DNA from: a virus
Taxonomy: Duplodnaviria > Caudoviricetes
Length of the DNA stretch: 24,496 nt
Reading direction: 5' to 3' (one strand)
Virus record (IMG/VR): IMGVR_UViG_3300008255_000460
Coordinates: 1-24,496 of that record
Shown here: positions 15,061 to 23,832 of the stretch, piece after piece
Position numbering within the stretch: the first letter of the stretch is position 1
Layout: every line of letters starts with the position of its first letter
The notes under the pieces: model-generated
The model's input: only the letters and a program-made list of their open reading frames with translations
What the model was told of the DNA's origin: nothing
Databases searched by the model: none
Position numbers and translations under genes: made by a program

Positions 15061-15493
15061 CCTGGACTGGGTGAAAATGTACCCCTATCAAGGGAGCAAG
15101 ATTTTCGTCCAACAGGTGGGACCAATCAGCTTCCAGTTTTTAATTGTCTACAGGAATAATCTCTACAACCACTACTTTCAGATCACAGAGAAAACATCTC
15201 TAAAGCACGCTGAGCGTGGCGGTGCAATCTTCTTAGTGTGCAATGCGGCTGAAGGGTTAGTTGATACACTTAAGAAAAAGCACAGCTTATGGTATAATTT
15301 ATTTGCAAAACATTGGACACCAGATCTCGGCCAGCCGGCGGTCGAGCGAATCCAATCCATTCACACCGAATATGCAAACTCCACAGATCGGACAAATAGT
15401 AAAAGTATGGTTTCTGAATCCAGTAGTGGTGACCAGCCATTACATCCAGAGACCAGCGATAGTGGTGAAGGTGAATCCGGACAACTCAGTTAA
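15044..15493 (+). CDS. Hypothetical protein
   Basis: Part of ORF 15023..15493; its low-complexity C-terminus overlaps the next gene. Confidence 0.6.
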   Translation: MNQPVNLDWVKMYPYQGSKIFVQQVGPISFQFLIVYRNNLYNHYFQITEKTSLKHAERGGAIFLVCNAAEGLVDTLKKKHSLWYNLFAKHWTPDLGQPAVERIQSIHTEYANSTDRTNSKSMVSESSSGDQPLHPETSDSGEGESGQLS

Positions 15494-15647
15494 TCTGCAA
15501 GTATTTACCAATGGTCCGACTGACGTGAAGCTAGGCATTGCCAATATGGCCAACCCAAACTCCACAGCGTATTTTGAAAATATAAATTACTCCGCTAATC
15601 CGGAGCACAAACATTACTCACATGAAACTACACACGATAAAAGGTGA
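15372..15647 (+). CDS. Small phage beta-rich protein (PxIGxIV...PAIV...VNLxVF type)
   Basis: MQTPQIGQIVKV...RPAIVVKV...VNLQVF; GGTCG motif at 15340-15344. Confidence 0.65.
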   Translation: MQTPQIGQIVKVWFLNPVVVTSHYIQRPAIVVKVNPDNSVNLQVFTNGPTDVKLGIANMANPNSTAYFENINYSANPEHKHYSHETTHDKR

Positions 15648-15915
15648 AGACATTGGGTCAGAAATGATGCCAACACGTATTCTGCCGCGTTTTTATATCA
15701 ATGAAGCAGATCTTCCTGAGATAGCCAGCTGGGAGCTAGGAGGCAAGTATTTACTGATGATCGAGGTAGAGATGACTGGCAATCGAATCGATGAACACGG
15801 TGACGATGCGGGATCTAAGGAGGCTGACCTGAAGGTAACCAAGATTTCGTCTATTGATGATGTTAGTGATGATCATTTTGAAAAAATGCTCGCTAAAGCA
15901 AAATCCAATGGCTAA
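15622..15915 (+). CDS. Acidic hypothetical protein
   Basis: ORF track; overlaps both neighbours. Confidence 0.7.
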   Translation: MKLHTIKGEDIGSEMMPTRILPRFYINEADLPEIASWELGGKYLLMIEVEMTGNRIDEHGDDAGSKEADLKVTKISSIDDVSDDHFEKMLAKAKSNG

Positions 15916-15944
15916 GAAAAAACCACGTAAGCCAAGATACTAAA

Positions 15945-17933
15945 ATGGCGGCAACCAATAAAAGTTTACTCGAGCGACTCAATAAAGCCGTAGAGGACGC
16001 GGATCAAGATCCGTCTGCTGAGGACGAGGTTGTTGATTTGCTGAAGCCTGGAGACGGCAAAGAAAAGAACCTACACAAACTGATCCTTGATCAGGTTGAG
16101 CAAGAGTATCAACTGGCATGGAGTTTCATGCGACCAAAGCGCCAGGAATGGTTGCTGCGCCTTAAGTTATACAACAACCAGAAGCGCGATAAGAACCGAG
16201 TTGGAGATACCTTGTTATTTAGCGTGTTCCAAACAGTGTTCGCTAATCTATACGAAGATAACCTTGGCTCTAATTTTAATCCTAGGGAGCCCGGGGACGA
16301 TGATCGTTCCGAGAATCTGACTGAGCTAGCAGAGTACGATAAGACGATCATGGAAAAGGATATCCATGACTATGAATGGGATTTTGATGCGCTCTTTACT
16401 GGCAAAGGGTATTCAATGTTCACGGACTTTGATACAGAGACTAAAACTCCAATCCCGGAAGTCTGGGATCCAATGCTTATTTTACTTGATCCATCGGCAA
16501 AAAGCGTCCAAGGTGTCGGACCCTGGCAACGTGGAGAAGCTCGTTTCTTTGGCAGAGAAGTCAACCGCACCAAGTACGAAATGGAGCGGATGGAGAGCTA
16601 TTTCAACCTCGGACGTCTAAAGAAAGCCAAGGACACGACTAAGAGCTCCATGACCGCTGAGGCGGCACAGGCTCGCTCTGAAGCAATGGGCCTCGAGAAC
16701 ATGGAGATCTTAGAGGAGAACATTGAAGCTAACTACAAATACCGCAACCTTCAGTGGTTCACCCATGTTCTAGGTGAGAAGTACCTAGTAGAGCTTTCCA
16801 ACGACCGCAAGCTCATTGTCCGGATTATGAAGATGCCGAAAAGATGGAAGAAGTGGCCGCTTGTTGAGCGATCACTTTTCCCAATTAGCCATGAGCTTTT
16901 TGGGGTTTCTATTCCAGACCTGATCGAGGATAAGCAACGCATGCGTGCCGTGCTTCTAAACTTAGGCATTGACGTGGCTAAGAGTGAATTATACCCGCGC
17001 TACATATTCGATCAAAACAAGATCCGCAATCCTAATTCTCTGACTTTTGGGTTTAATAAGCACATTCCGTCAGATGGCCCAGTGGGCGATGCGATGCAGG
17101 TAGTTCAGTCCAAACAAGTCTCCCAGACTACAGACTACATTATGAGGATTATTGAATCCTCGGCTGAACGCGCGGCAGCCGTTCCGGCCATTGCTCAAGG
17201 AATCCCGGATGATAAGCGGCGCACCTTGGGTGAGAATGAGTTACTACTGGCGCGCGCTGGAGGCCGACAGTCATTAGCAGCTAGGATCTTTGGTTGGAGT
17301 GAAAAGCGTTTTTGGTATCAATGGTACTGGGTATATGATGAGTTTTATGCTGAAGGTTTGGGTGAAAAGGTGATTCGAATCAATGGGCCTTTTGGACCTA
17401 AGTGGCTCAATCACAAAAGGCAAACCATTATCATGGATCACCCACTGGGTCCGGATATTCACATTGAAAGCCAAGCTATATCTGAAGCCCGCAAGTTACG
17501 TGACTTTGGAAAGATGCAACAATTCCTAGCAGCAGCTTTTCAAGATCCTACAGCACGCCGGCGATTTGCTATTCGTCATTTGGGCCGTATGGTCGCTAAA
17601 AAGCAGGTGGTGGATAGGATTATTCCTCCCACAATCGATGAGATGGAAGCAGAGGAAGAAAACAAGGAGTTAGACGCAAACAAGAAGGTCCCGGTATCTG
17701 CGGAACAGAATCACTGGGAGCATTTAGAGATCCACGGCAAACTACCCGACCCTTTGACTCAGGCAGCAAAAAACCATATCCGAGCTCATAAAGAGGCCTT
17801 AATGCTGGCTAGGACCCGGCCGGATCTTTTCCCTGGTAATCAGGCTGCCCAATTCCCTTTTCCAGATCAGCAAGGCGCACAATTAGCCAATCCAGCCAGC
17901 GAAAGCGCTGGCGCCCCAAATAATGGCCAATAA
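15945..17933 (+). CDS. Portal protein (P22-like)
   Basis: 662 aa between TerL and scaffold/capsid; FGVSIPDLIEDKQR motif; Q/P-rich tail. Confidence 0.85.
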   Translation: MAATNKSLLERLNKAVEDADQDPSAEDEVVDLLKPGDGKEKNLHKLILDQVEQEYQLAWSFMRPKRQEWLLRLKLYNNQKRDKNRVGDTLLFSVFQTVFANLYEDNLGSNFNPREPGDDDRSENLTELAEYDKTIMEKDIHDYEWDFDALFTGKGYSMFTDFDTETKTPIPEVWDPMLILLDPSAKSVQGVGPWQRGEARFFGREVNRTKYEMERMESYFNLGRLKKAKDTTKSSMTAEAAQARSEAMGLENMEILEENIEANYKYRNLQWFTHVLGEKYLVELSNDRKLIVRIMKMPKRWKKWPLVERSLFPISHELFGVSIPDLIEDKQRMRAVLLNLGIDVAKSELYPRYIFDQNKIRNPNSLTFGFNKHIPSDGPVGDAMQVVQSKQVSQTTDYIMRIIESSAERAAAVPAIAQGIPDDKRRTLGENELLLARAGGRQSLAARIFGWSEKRFWYQWYWVYDEFYAEGLGEKVIRINGPFGPKWLNHKRQTIIMDHPLGPDIHIESQAISEARKLRDFGKMQQFLAAAFQDPTARRRFAIRHLGRMVAKKQVVDRIIPPTIDEMEAEEENKELDANKKVPVSAEQNHWEHLEIHGKLPDPLTQAAKNHIRAHKEALMLARTRPDLFPGNQAAQFPFPDQQGAQLANPASESAGAPNNGQ

Positions 17934-18234
17934 ACCGATACCTGAATACACCAAGGAAGATTTGATCCAGGGGAAGGATAGTTCCTTTTGGAAGCTTTTG
18001 AACGAGGTGATCAAGTACAATATCGAAACGCTACGGAAGCAGATAGTCGATGACGATAATCTTACTGATTCCCAGCGTGGTCTTCTGAGAAAATGGCTTA
18101 AGCTCAACGAAGAATTGCTAGACCTGCCTGACAAAATTTTAGCTTCCCTGGAGAAGGGCGTAACAGACATGGAGAGTTTAGATCCTTATTACCAAACGTA
18201 TTTAGACATCGTCAATGACGCTCAATTTAAGTAA
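17923..18234 (+). CDS. Small helical protein after the portal
   Basis: ORF track; a position commonly filled in podovirus head modules. Confidence 0.7.
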   Translation: MANKPIPEYTKEDLIQGKDSSFWKLLNEVIKYNIETLRKQIVDDDNLTDSQRGLLRKWLKLNEELLDLPDKILASLEKGVTDMESLDPYYQTYLDIVNDAQFK

Positions 18235-18427
18235 AGACGAGATCTGGATGATCGAGACAATAAGAAAATACCCGCCAGGTACTAACTTTATTGTCTACAA
18301 GAAACGCGTGCGTAATGGGTGGGCTTTGAAGCATATACGCGCACAGCAGGATATTTTCTTTCCCGGAGATATCCACAACTTATCCACAGGTTCGGCGGAT
18401 GACTACCCAGAAGAAAGTGTGATATAA
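18215..18427 (+). CDS. Hypothetical protein
   Basis: ORF track; overlaps the downstream promoter. Confidence 0.5.
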   Translation: MTLNLSKDEIWMIETIRKYPPGTNFIVYKKRVRNGWALKHIRAQQDIFFPGDIHNLSTGSADDYPEESVI

Positions 18428-18428
18428 T
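18369..18428 (+). promoter_or_regulatory. Tandem DnaA boxes and extended -10 promoter of the head operon
   Basis: ATATCCACA 18369-18377, TTATCCACA 18380-18388, ATGACT-18-TATAAT (18423-18428) with TGn. Confidence 0.65.
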
Positions 18429-18523
18429 GTAATGGCTCACCTCCTCAAGGCACCTCCCCAGGGTCTTGAGGTCTCGGACTAATCATATATCCAGCTGGTA
18501 TCAATGATTAGCCTGGGACCTTA

Positions 18524-18553
18524 GAACCTTGAAAATATACGCGGCGCAAGCCG
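18524..18553 (+). promoter_or_regulatory. nut-like site: boxA-like sequence plus GNRA hairpin
   Basis: GAACCTTGAAAAT (18524-18536), then CGGC-GCAA-GCCG (18542-18553). Confidence 0.4.
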
Positions 18554-18581
18554 AATGAGGAGCGATCCGGCAACACCGAAC

Positions 18582-18620
18582 GCCCACTATCCCGAAAGGG
18601 GTGGTTGGGCTTTTTTGTTT
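18582..18620 (+). terminator. Intrinsic terminator in the head-operon leader
   Basis: GCCCACTATCCC-GAAA-GGGGTGGTTGGGC followed by TTTTTTGTTT. Confidence 0.75.
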
Positions 18621-18738
18621 GCTTGGACGGGTGCTTTAATGAGCTCCAGCCTAAGCACGCAAGTGCTTTCCGAGCTTGTCGAGCTCGAGATATCCGGGTA
18701 CAGGGTTTCACCATTTCCTTATATCCGAGTCAATCAAT

Positions 18739-19410
18739 ATGGCAGACACTACAAATCCGGTAGCTGAAACTCAGCAAACCGAGGGCGGAGCTGCTGAAGC
18801 CGTCGATAATCAAGATCAGCAAACTGGCGAGTCGAGTTCGGATTCTGGCGACTCCGGAACCGATGAGGAAGCGGACATACCCGCTGACAAGTCTGAGCCA
18901 ACGGTTCGAAGAAGTGCAAAAGACTTCATCATCGCTCGCAAGGAAAGACAAGTCGCCAAAGCTAGAGCGCAGCAGACTCAATCGGACAATGCTGACGATC
19001 AGGGTGATTCGCAAGAAGGCGATGGAAAAGACGCCACGGCAATCGCTCGAGAGACCGTTCAGAATGAGATTAAACCCCTCATGGACGCCCTCGCAACTCA
19101 GGCAGACCAACAGGAGCTCACTGAGCACCTGTCTGCCAACCCAGCCCACAAAAGGCTGGCGAAACTCGCTCAAACTTATATTGAGCACCCGGCTTACCGG
19201 AATGTACCTATTAAATTCATCTTCAACGCCCTGGCGCTTGAACATGGTTTGACAGATACAGCCGCGGCAACGGCAGCTACCACTAAGGCTCAAAAGAAAA
19301 ACATGAGCGGTAGCAGTGCTAGACGCCAAACCGGAGACGAGCCCGACGCGTGGGAAATGTCCAACGAGGACTTTGAAAAGAAGCTCCACGAAGTGAAAAC
19401 GCGTCGCTAA
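18739..19410 (+). CDS. Probable capsid scaffolding protein
   Basis: Acidic disordered N-terminus, C-terminal helix MSNEDFEKKL, directly before the capsid gene; start ATG 18739. Confidence 0.75.
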   Translation: MADTTNPVAETQQTEGGAAEAVDNQDQQTGESSSDSGDSGTDEEADIPADKSEPTVRRSAKDFIIARKERQVAKARAQQTQSDNADDQGDSQEGDGKDATAIARETVQNEIKPLMDALATQADQQELTEHLSANPAHKRLAKLAQTYIEHPAYRNVPIKFIFNALALEHGLTDTAAATAATTKAQKKNMSGSSARRQTGDEPDAWEMSNEDFEKKLHEVKTRR

Positions 19411-19448
19411 AATTTTGCATTATTCACAAACATTATTAACCACAAAAA

Positions 19449-20405
19449 ATGGCAAGTACAACTACTACAGAAGTGAGCTCTGCCGTAAATAATTTTTACG
19501 ACCGAACTCTCTTGACCCGTGCTATTCCATCATTTATTCACACTCGATGGGCGCAGGTCCGGGACATTCCTCGGAATAACTCTGAGGTGATTAAGTTCCG
19601 AAAATACGCGTCGCTGACTGCTGCTACGTCTGCTCTCACTGAAGGTGTTACGCCGGCTGGTAGCCAGCTCTCAGTGACCGATATCACTGCTACGGTTGCT
19701 CAGTATGGTGACTTTGTTACCCTGACTGACTTTGTGCAGATGACTACGCTGGATCCGCTTTTGTCTGAGACTGCTGAGGTCTTGGGTGAACAGATGGGTG
19801 ACACTATCGATCAGCTGACCCGCGACGTGATCGCGGCTGGCTCCACGGTACAGTACGCTTCAACCGCTACTGACCGCACGGAAATCGCGGCAGGCATGAT
19901 CTTAAATGGTGACGAAGTCCGTGAGGCGGTTCGTACCCTCAAGGGCAACAACGCCAAAAAGATCACCATGCAGGTCAACCCATCTACTGGATACAGCACC
20001 AGCCCGGTCCGCGCTGCGTACATTGGTATCTGTTCTGAAGATACTGAGTACGATCTAAAGCGCGATCCGGACTTTGTACCGGTTGACGAGTATGCCCAGT
20101 CTGGCGCGGCTATGCCGGACGAGATTGGTAAGCTAGATGAAGTTCGCTTTGTCAGCGCCACATCTAACGCCAAGACCTTCTCCAGCACGGTGACGGTCCA
20201 CGCGACCATTCTTCTAGGCAAAGAGGCCTACGGTATCACCCGTATCAGCGGTGAAGCTGCAAAGACCATCACCAAGGAGCTTGGCTCCGGTGGTACCAGC
20301 GACCCGTTGAACCAGCGTTCCACGATGGGCTGGAAGATCACCTTTATCGCAAAGCGCTTGCAAGAGGCCTTCATGCTCCGCATCGAGCACGCTGTAAGCT
20401 CTTAG
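19449..20405 (+). CDS. Major capsid protein, N4-gp56 family
   Basis: IKFRKY, LTEGVTP, QYGDFV, EIGKLDEVRFV, DPLNQRSTMGWK. Confidence 0.95.
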   Translation: MASTTTTEVSSAVNNFYDRTLLTRAIPSFIHTRWAQVRDIPRNNSEVIKFRKYASLTAATSALTEGVTPAGSQLSVTDITATVAQYGDFVTLTDFVQMTTLDPLLSETAEVLGEQMGDTIDQLTRDVIAAGSTVQYASTATDRTEIAAGMILNGDEVREAVRTLKGNNAKKITMQVNPSTGYSTSPVRAAYIGICSEDTEYDLKRDPDFVPVDEYAQSGAAMPDEIGKLDEVRFVSATSNAKTFSSTVTVHATILLGKEAYGITRISGEAAKTITKELGSGGTSDPLNQRSTMGWKITFIAKRLQEAFMLRIEHAVSS

Positions 20406-20441
20406 TCGCAATTAACATTAACAACACTTTTTACCACTATC

Positions 20442-20981
20442 ATGGATAATAAAGTTCAGTCATGGGTTGCGATCGGGCTCATCCTTGTGATCATGTTTGT
20501 CGGCTTTGGCCAGCTCTCAGCGATCAATGGACAGGTCAGTCGCAGTTCAGATGCCGCAGGTTCAGCGCTGACCTATAGCGCTGCCAGGGACCACATCGAG
20601 ACATACAACTTGCTCAGCAGTATCATCACTGACCTTGGGTCAGTGCGAGATCCGCTAGCAGGAGTCTTGTCAACGACTACGGCCGCGATTGCCTTCCCGG
20701 CGATTGCCTCCTCAAGCCCGATTGTTGCCACTACCACCGAGCCAACGCTTGCGGCAGCATTAGGCGATATCGTCTTAGTGAGGCCTTCTACTTCATCTCC
20801 GGGATTTTCTTTCTGGGGTGACGTACACACGGCGAGTACCACGGCAGCTACCTTCAACTTATACGCTGCAAACGGTACTCTCGGCGCAGCCGCAGTGGCT
20901 CCGTCTTCGACACTGTTCTACATCACAGTCATTCCGAGGGCATCGTTCGCCGCTCCAGCCGCACTGACAGCAACTCAGTAG
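20442..20981 (+). CDS. Ala/Thr/Ser-rich protein with N-terminal TM or signal segment
   Basis: WVAIGLILVIMFVGF followed by a beta-rich domain. Confidence 0.75.
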   Translation: MDNKVQSWVAIGLILVIMFVGFGQLSAINGQVSRSSDAAGSALTYSAARDHIETYNLLSSIITDLGSVRDPLAGVLSTTTAAIAFPAIASSSPIVATTTEPTLAAALGDIVLVRPSTSSPGFSFWGDVHTASTTAATFNLYAANGTLGAAAVAPSSTLFYITVIPRASFAAPAALTATQ

Positions 20982-21033
20982 TCATAATCACGGGCCCGGC
21001 ATCCGGGCCTAGTGATCTTAATCTCTTAAATTT

Positions 21034-21747
21034 ATGTCCCAAACACCACGCACTAACCAGGACTACATTGACGCCCTGACCAAGTTGGGCGTAGCCCTCA
21101 CTGGCAATGAGCGCCAAAAGGATCTCAAAGTCCTTTACAAAAAGGCTCTTAAGAAAGCCGAAAAGGCTGATACTGAGCCGGCGACTCAACCCGATGTTTC
21201 CCCTGCGCAACCTCCGTTGGTCAACCAAGGAGAGCATCCAAACGTGGACGTTGAACGTGCTCTGAATACTCCCAATGAACCGGTTTTGACTGGTAATGAG
21301 GAGGGTATCGTAGGCGAGCGCGGCAAGGTTCAAAAGCCACGTGGACTCGACTTCGCGACCGCTGAGCCATCCGAGCTAGTTCAAGTGCTCGAGAGGCCTG
21401 GTATCAAGCTCGATAACTTTAATGGTTCTAAATCTGGGATCATGCTTCGTAAACTGGCTCGCCAGTTTTTGGAGAAGGGTCCAATTCGAACCATTATCCC
21501 GATTGAAGGGAAAGAGAAGCGAGGAATCGCTTTTCACACAGTGATCTTAAACGGTCTCCGTTTTAACATCCTCAAAGGTGTTTTCGTGGAGGTACCCGAA
21601 CAAGTAGCGCATATCATTGAGGAGGGTACTCAAGGAGACGCTAACGCGATCTTCAATACCTCTGTCGTCAATCCGTATACCGGCAAGGTTAGCAACGCCC
21701 GGATCGATATGCGTAGCGACGAAGATCAAGCAGCATTTAATCGCTAG
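21034..21747 (+). CDS. Hypothetical head-region protein
   Basis: ORF track; VILNGLRFNILKGVFVEVPEQVAHII. Confidence 0.75.
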   Translation: MSQTPRTNQDYIDALTKLGVALTGNERQKDLKVLYKKALKKAEKADTEPATQPDVSPAQPPLVNQGEHPNVDVERALNTPNEPVLTGNEEGIVGERGKVQKPRGLDFATAEPSELVQVLERPGIKLDNFNGSKSGIMLRKLARQFLEKGPIRTIIPIEGKEKRGIAFHTVILNGLRFNILKGVFVEVPEQVAHIIEEGTQGDANAIFNTSVVNPYTGKVSNARIDMRSDEDQAAFNR

Positions 21748-21782
21748 GTCGATAATACTATTAAGCCAAAAGTCAACATCTT

Positions 21783-22256
21783 ATGCCTCTACGTAGTCAA
21801 TTATTCAAGACAATCAGCCAGGGTCCGGGTAGTGTATTCACTATCAAAAAGACCCTGACCTCGAGTGGCAACACCACCTCTTCCCAGGATCTTACCTCGG
21901 TGGCGACTGGGCAACTCTTGATCGAGCAGATCGTTGTCAAAACCGACAGTACCGGTTTAGCTGGCGGAACCAACTTCGAGATCACGACCAATAACGACAA
22001 GGGGTTGGAGAACATCTTTGTGGAGACTGTTGCCAATTTAGGTGGCAACATCACTAAAGTGCTTAGCGGCGCTGCGGGTGGCGACACCACCACATCCGAT
22101 GCCCATCCGACGGTGACCGCAGTCCCGACTGTGATTGAAGCTGGTAAAAAGCTCCAATACAACACGACCGGCGCGGTCGGAACCGGTGACGGTACGATCG
22201 ATATCTTTGTTACTTTCCGCCGTATCGATAACGGCGCGAAAATCGTTGCCGCCTAA
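21783..22256 (+). CDS. Putative virion beta-sandwich (decoration-like) protein
   Basis: T/G/V-rich; located in the head module. Confidence 0.6.
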   Translation: MPLRSQLFKTISQGPGSVFTIKKTLTSSGNTTSSQDLTSVATGQLLIEQIVVKTDSTGLAGGTNFEITTNNDKGLENIFVETVANLGGNITKVLSGAAGGDTTTSDAHPTVTAVPTVIEAGKKLQYNTTGAVGTGDGTIDIFVTFRRIDNGAKIVAA

Positions 22257-22337
22257 GCTGGGTGGTAGCTTCTGGGCCCAATAGGGCTCGGGAGGTGTCA
22301 CTGAGCACCCAAAGGTCGTAAGTAATATTTTCAAACT

Positions 22338-22697
22338 ATGCAAAAAGTAGCCCTCAACGCCGTCGCTGCGACAACGACTTCGGATGGGTTTTCAGTGGAA
22401 AACCTGAAGGAGCTCGCTATCCAGCTGATCGCGGCAGATATCGACTCAGGCAATGGTGCGTTTGAAGTCCACGGCTCACTTGACGGAACCAACTGGGTCA
22501 CCTTAGCCGTGATTGATAACCTAGCCACTACTAACTCCGAGACCCTTACCCGAGTAACCAGTAAAACCTTAAGCTCCAACACTTCAGTTATGGTGTTCCT
22601 GGATCCGTTTGTGAAGCCTAAATTGTTGCGCGTTAAAGTAACCCGGACCACGGATGGAACCTATAGCGCTATCGTGTTCGGTACGAAGCATACCTAA
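22338..22697 (+). CDS. Putative virion beta-sandwich protein
   Basis: VHGSLDGTNWVTL...LRVKVT pattern. Confidence 0.6.
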   Translation: MQKVALNAVAATTTSDGFSVENLKELAIQLIAADIDSGNGAFEVHGSLDGTNWVTLAVIDNLATTNSETLTRVTSKTLSSNTSVMVFLDPFVKPKLLRVKVTRTTDGTYSAIVFGTKHT

Positions 22698-22703
22698 ACC
22701 ACC

Positions 22704-22961
22704 ATGGCCGAACACCACGTGACAACGCGATCGCTGATCAGTATATCGGCTATTGTAGTGACGATCGTGTTAGCAATTTTCGGCGCAGCGTTCGCAATGA
22801 TCAGTAGCCAAGACGCTCGCGCCGATGAGCTCTCCAAGGATCAATCCAATACCCGAGCCGAGATTGCCGGTCTCAAGGCTTTTTATTCCAACGTGGATGG
22901 CCGACTTACCAGAATAGAAAATAAACTCGATAAAGTACTCGATGACAGACCTGCAAGATAA
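22704..22961 (+). CDS. Single-TM coiled-coil protein (holin/XhlA-like)
   Basis: TM helix, then a coiled coil ending RLTRIENKLDKV. Confidence 0.6.
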   Translation: MAEHHVTTRSLISISAIVVTIVLAIFGAAFAMISSQDARADELSKDQSNTRAEIAGLKAFYSNVDGRLTRIENKLDKVLDDRPAR

Positions 22962-23832
22962 AAGAATGTTGGATAGCGGATTGCGCGAGCAGCCCATTGA
23001 CGAGCGAGATCTCCGGTTTGGCGCTGTGGTTACCCTGCCTCCGCTAGAGACCATCCCCAACAATTTTACAGTCGGCCGGACTGAGGTGACGGTAGATCAG
23101 AAAAATACTGATCTGTGTACTGCCTATGCTACCACGCAGGCTAACGAAGATCAGGAAAGAGTCGAGTTTAGCCCAGACTTTCAGTTCGCTATGACGAAGT
23201 TTATCGAGGGGAACCCCAATTCTTGGGGAGCCACTATCAGAGACGCATGCGCTTCTTTGGTAAAATACGGCAGCCTACCTATCGTCAACGCTGAGTTTTC
23301 CTGGCAAAAGCAGGGGCGAGGCTTTATTGCTGACTGGGACAACTGGCCTGAGGCGCTTAAGCAGAAGGCGATCCTTTACGCAAAAAGCAGCTACGCCTTG
23401 GTTTCCGGTCCCTACGATCTATTTGATAATATGCGCGCTACCCTCTGGGCCAATCGCAATGAGCGCCGTTCGATCGTGACTGGACTAGTATGGCGTAATA
23501 GCTGGATGGTCGCCAAAGATGGAGTCATCCCAAATCAAGGATATGAGGATAATGGAACTCCGCATGCAATTCGGATTGTGGGAGTGAAATATATCCACGG
23601 CGAGCCTTATCTAATCGCGCCCCTGACCAGTGGAACTAGATACGGCGATAACGGAGTGTTTTATTTACCGCGCGTAGTGGTAAATAAAGAGTGCAGCATG
23701 AAGTGGGGATACTACACCTTTATCGATGCTACTCCGGATCAGATTCGTTATTTGCAAAAAAAGAGCCTGACTACTAAAAGCTTATGGTGGGTTAGGATTT
23801 GGCTCATTATAAAAAAACTCTTTCTTTCATGA
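22942..23832 (+). CDS. Papain-like (C1-type) cysteine peptidase
   Basis: DQKNTDLCTAYA (oxyanion Gln and catalytic Cys), PHAIRIVG (His), YGDNGVFYL. Confidence 0.75.
   Translation: MTDLQDKRMLDSGLREQPIDERDLRFGAVVTLPPLETIPNNFTVGRTEVTVDQKNTDLCTAYATTQANEDQERVEFSPDFQFAMTKFIEGNPNSWGATIRDACASLVKYGSLPIVNAEFSWQKQGRGFIADWDNWPEALKQKAILYAKSSYALVSGPYDLFDNMRATLWANRNERRSIVTGLVWRNSWMVAKDGVIPNQGYEDNGTPHAIRIVGVKYIHGEPYLIAPLTSGTRYGDNGVFYLPRVVVNKECSMKWGYYTFIDATPDQIRYLQKKSLTTKSLWWVRIWLIIKKLFLS

Noticed and set aside
231-23063. Minus-strand and nested alternative-frame ORFs in the track
   Set aside because: They shadow well-supported + strand genes or structured regions and have no recognisable motifs.
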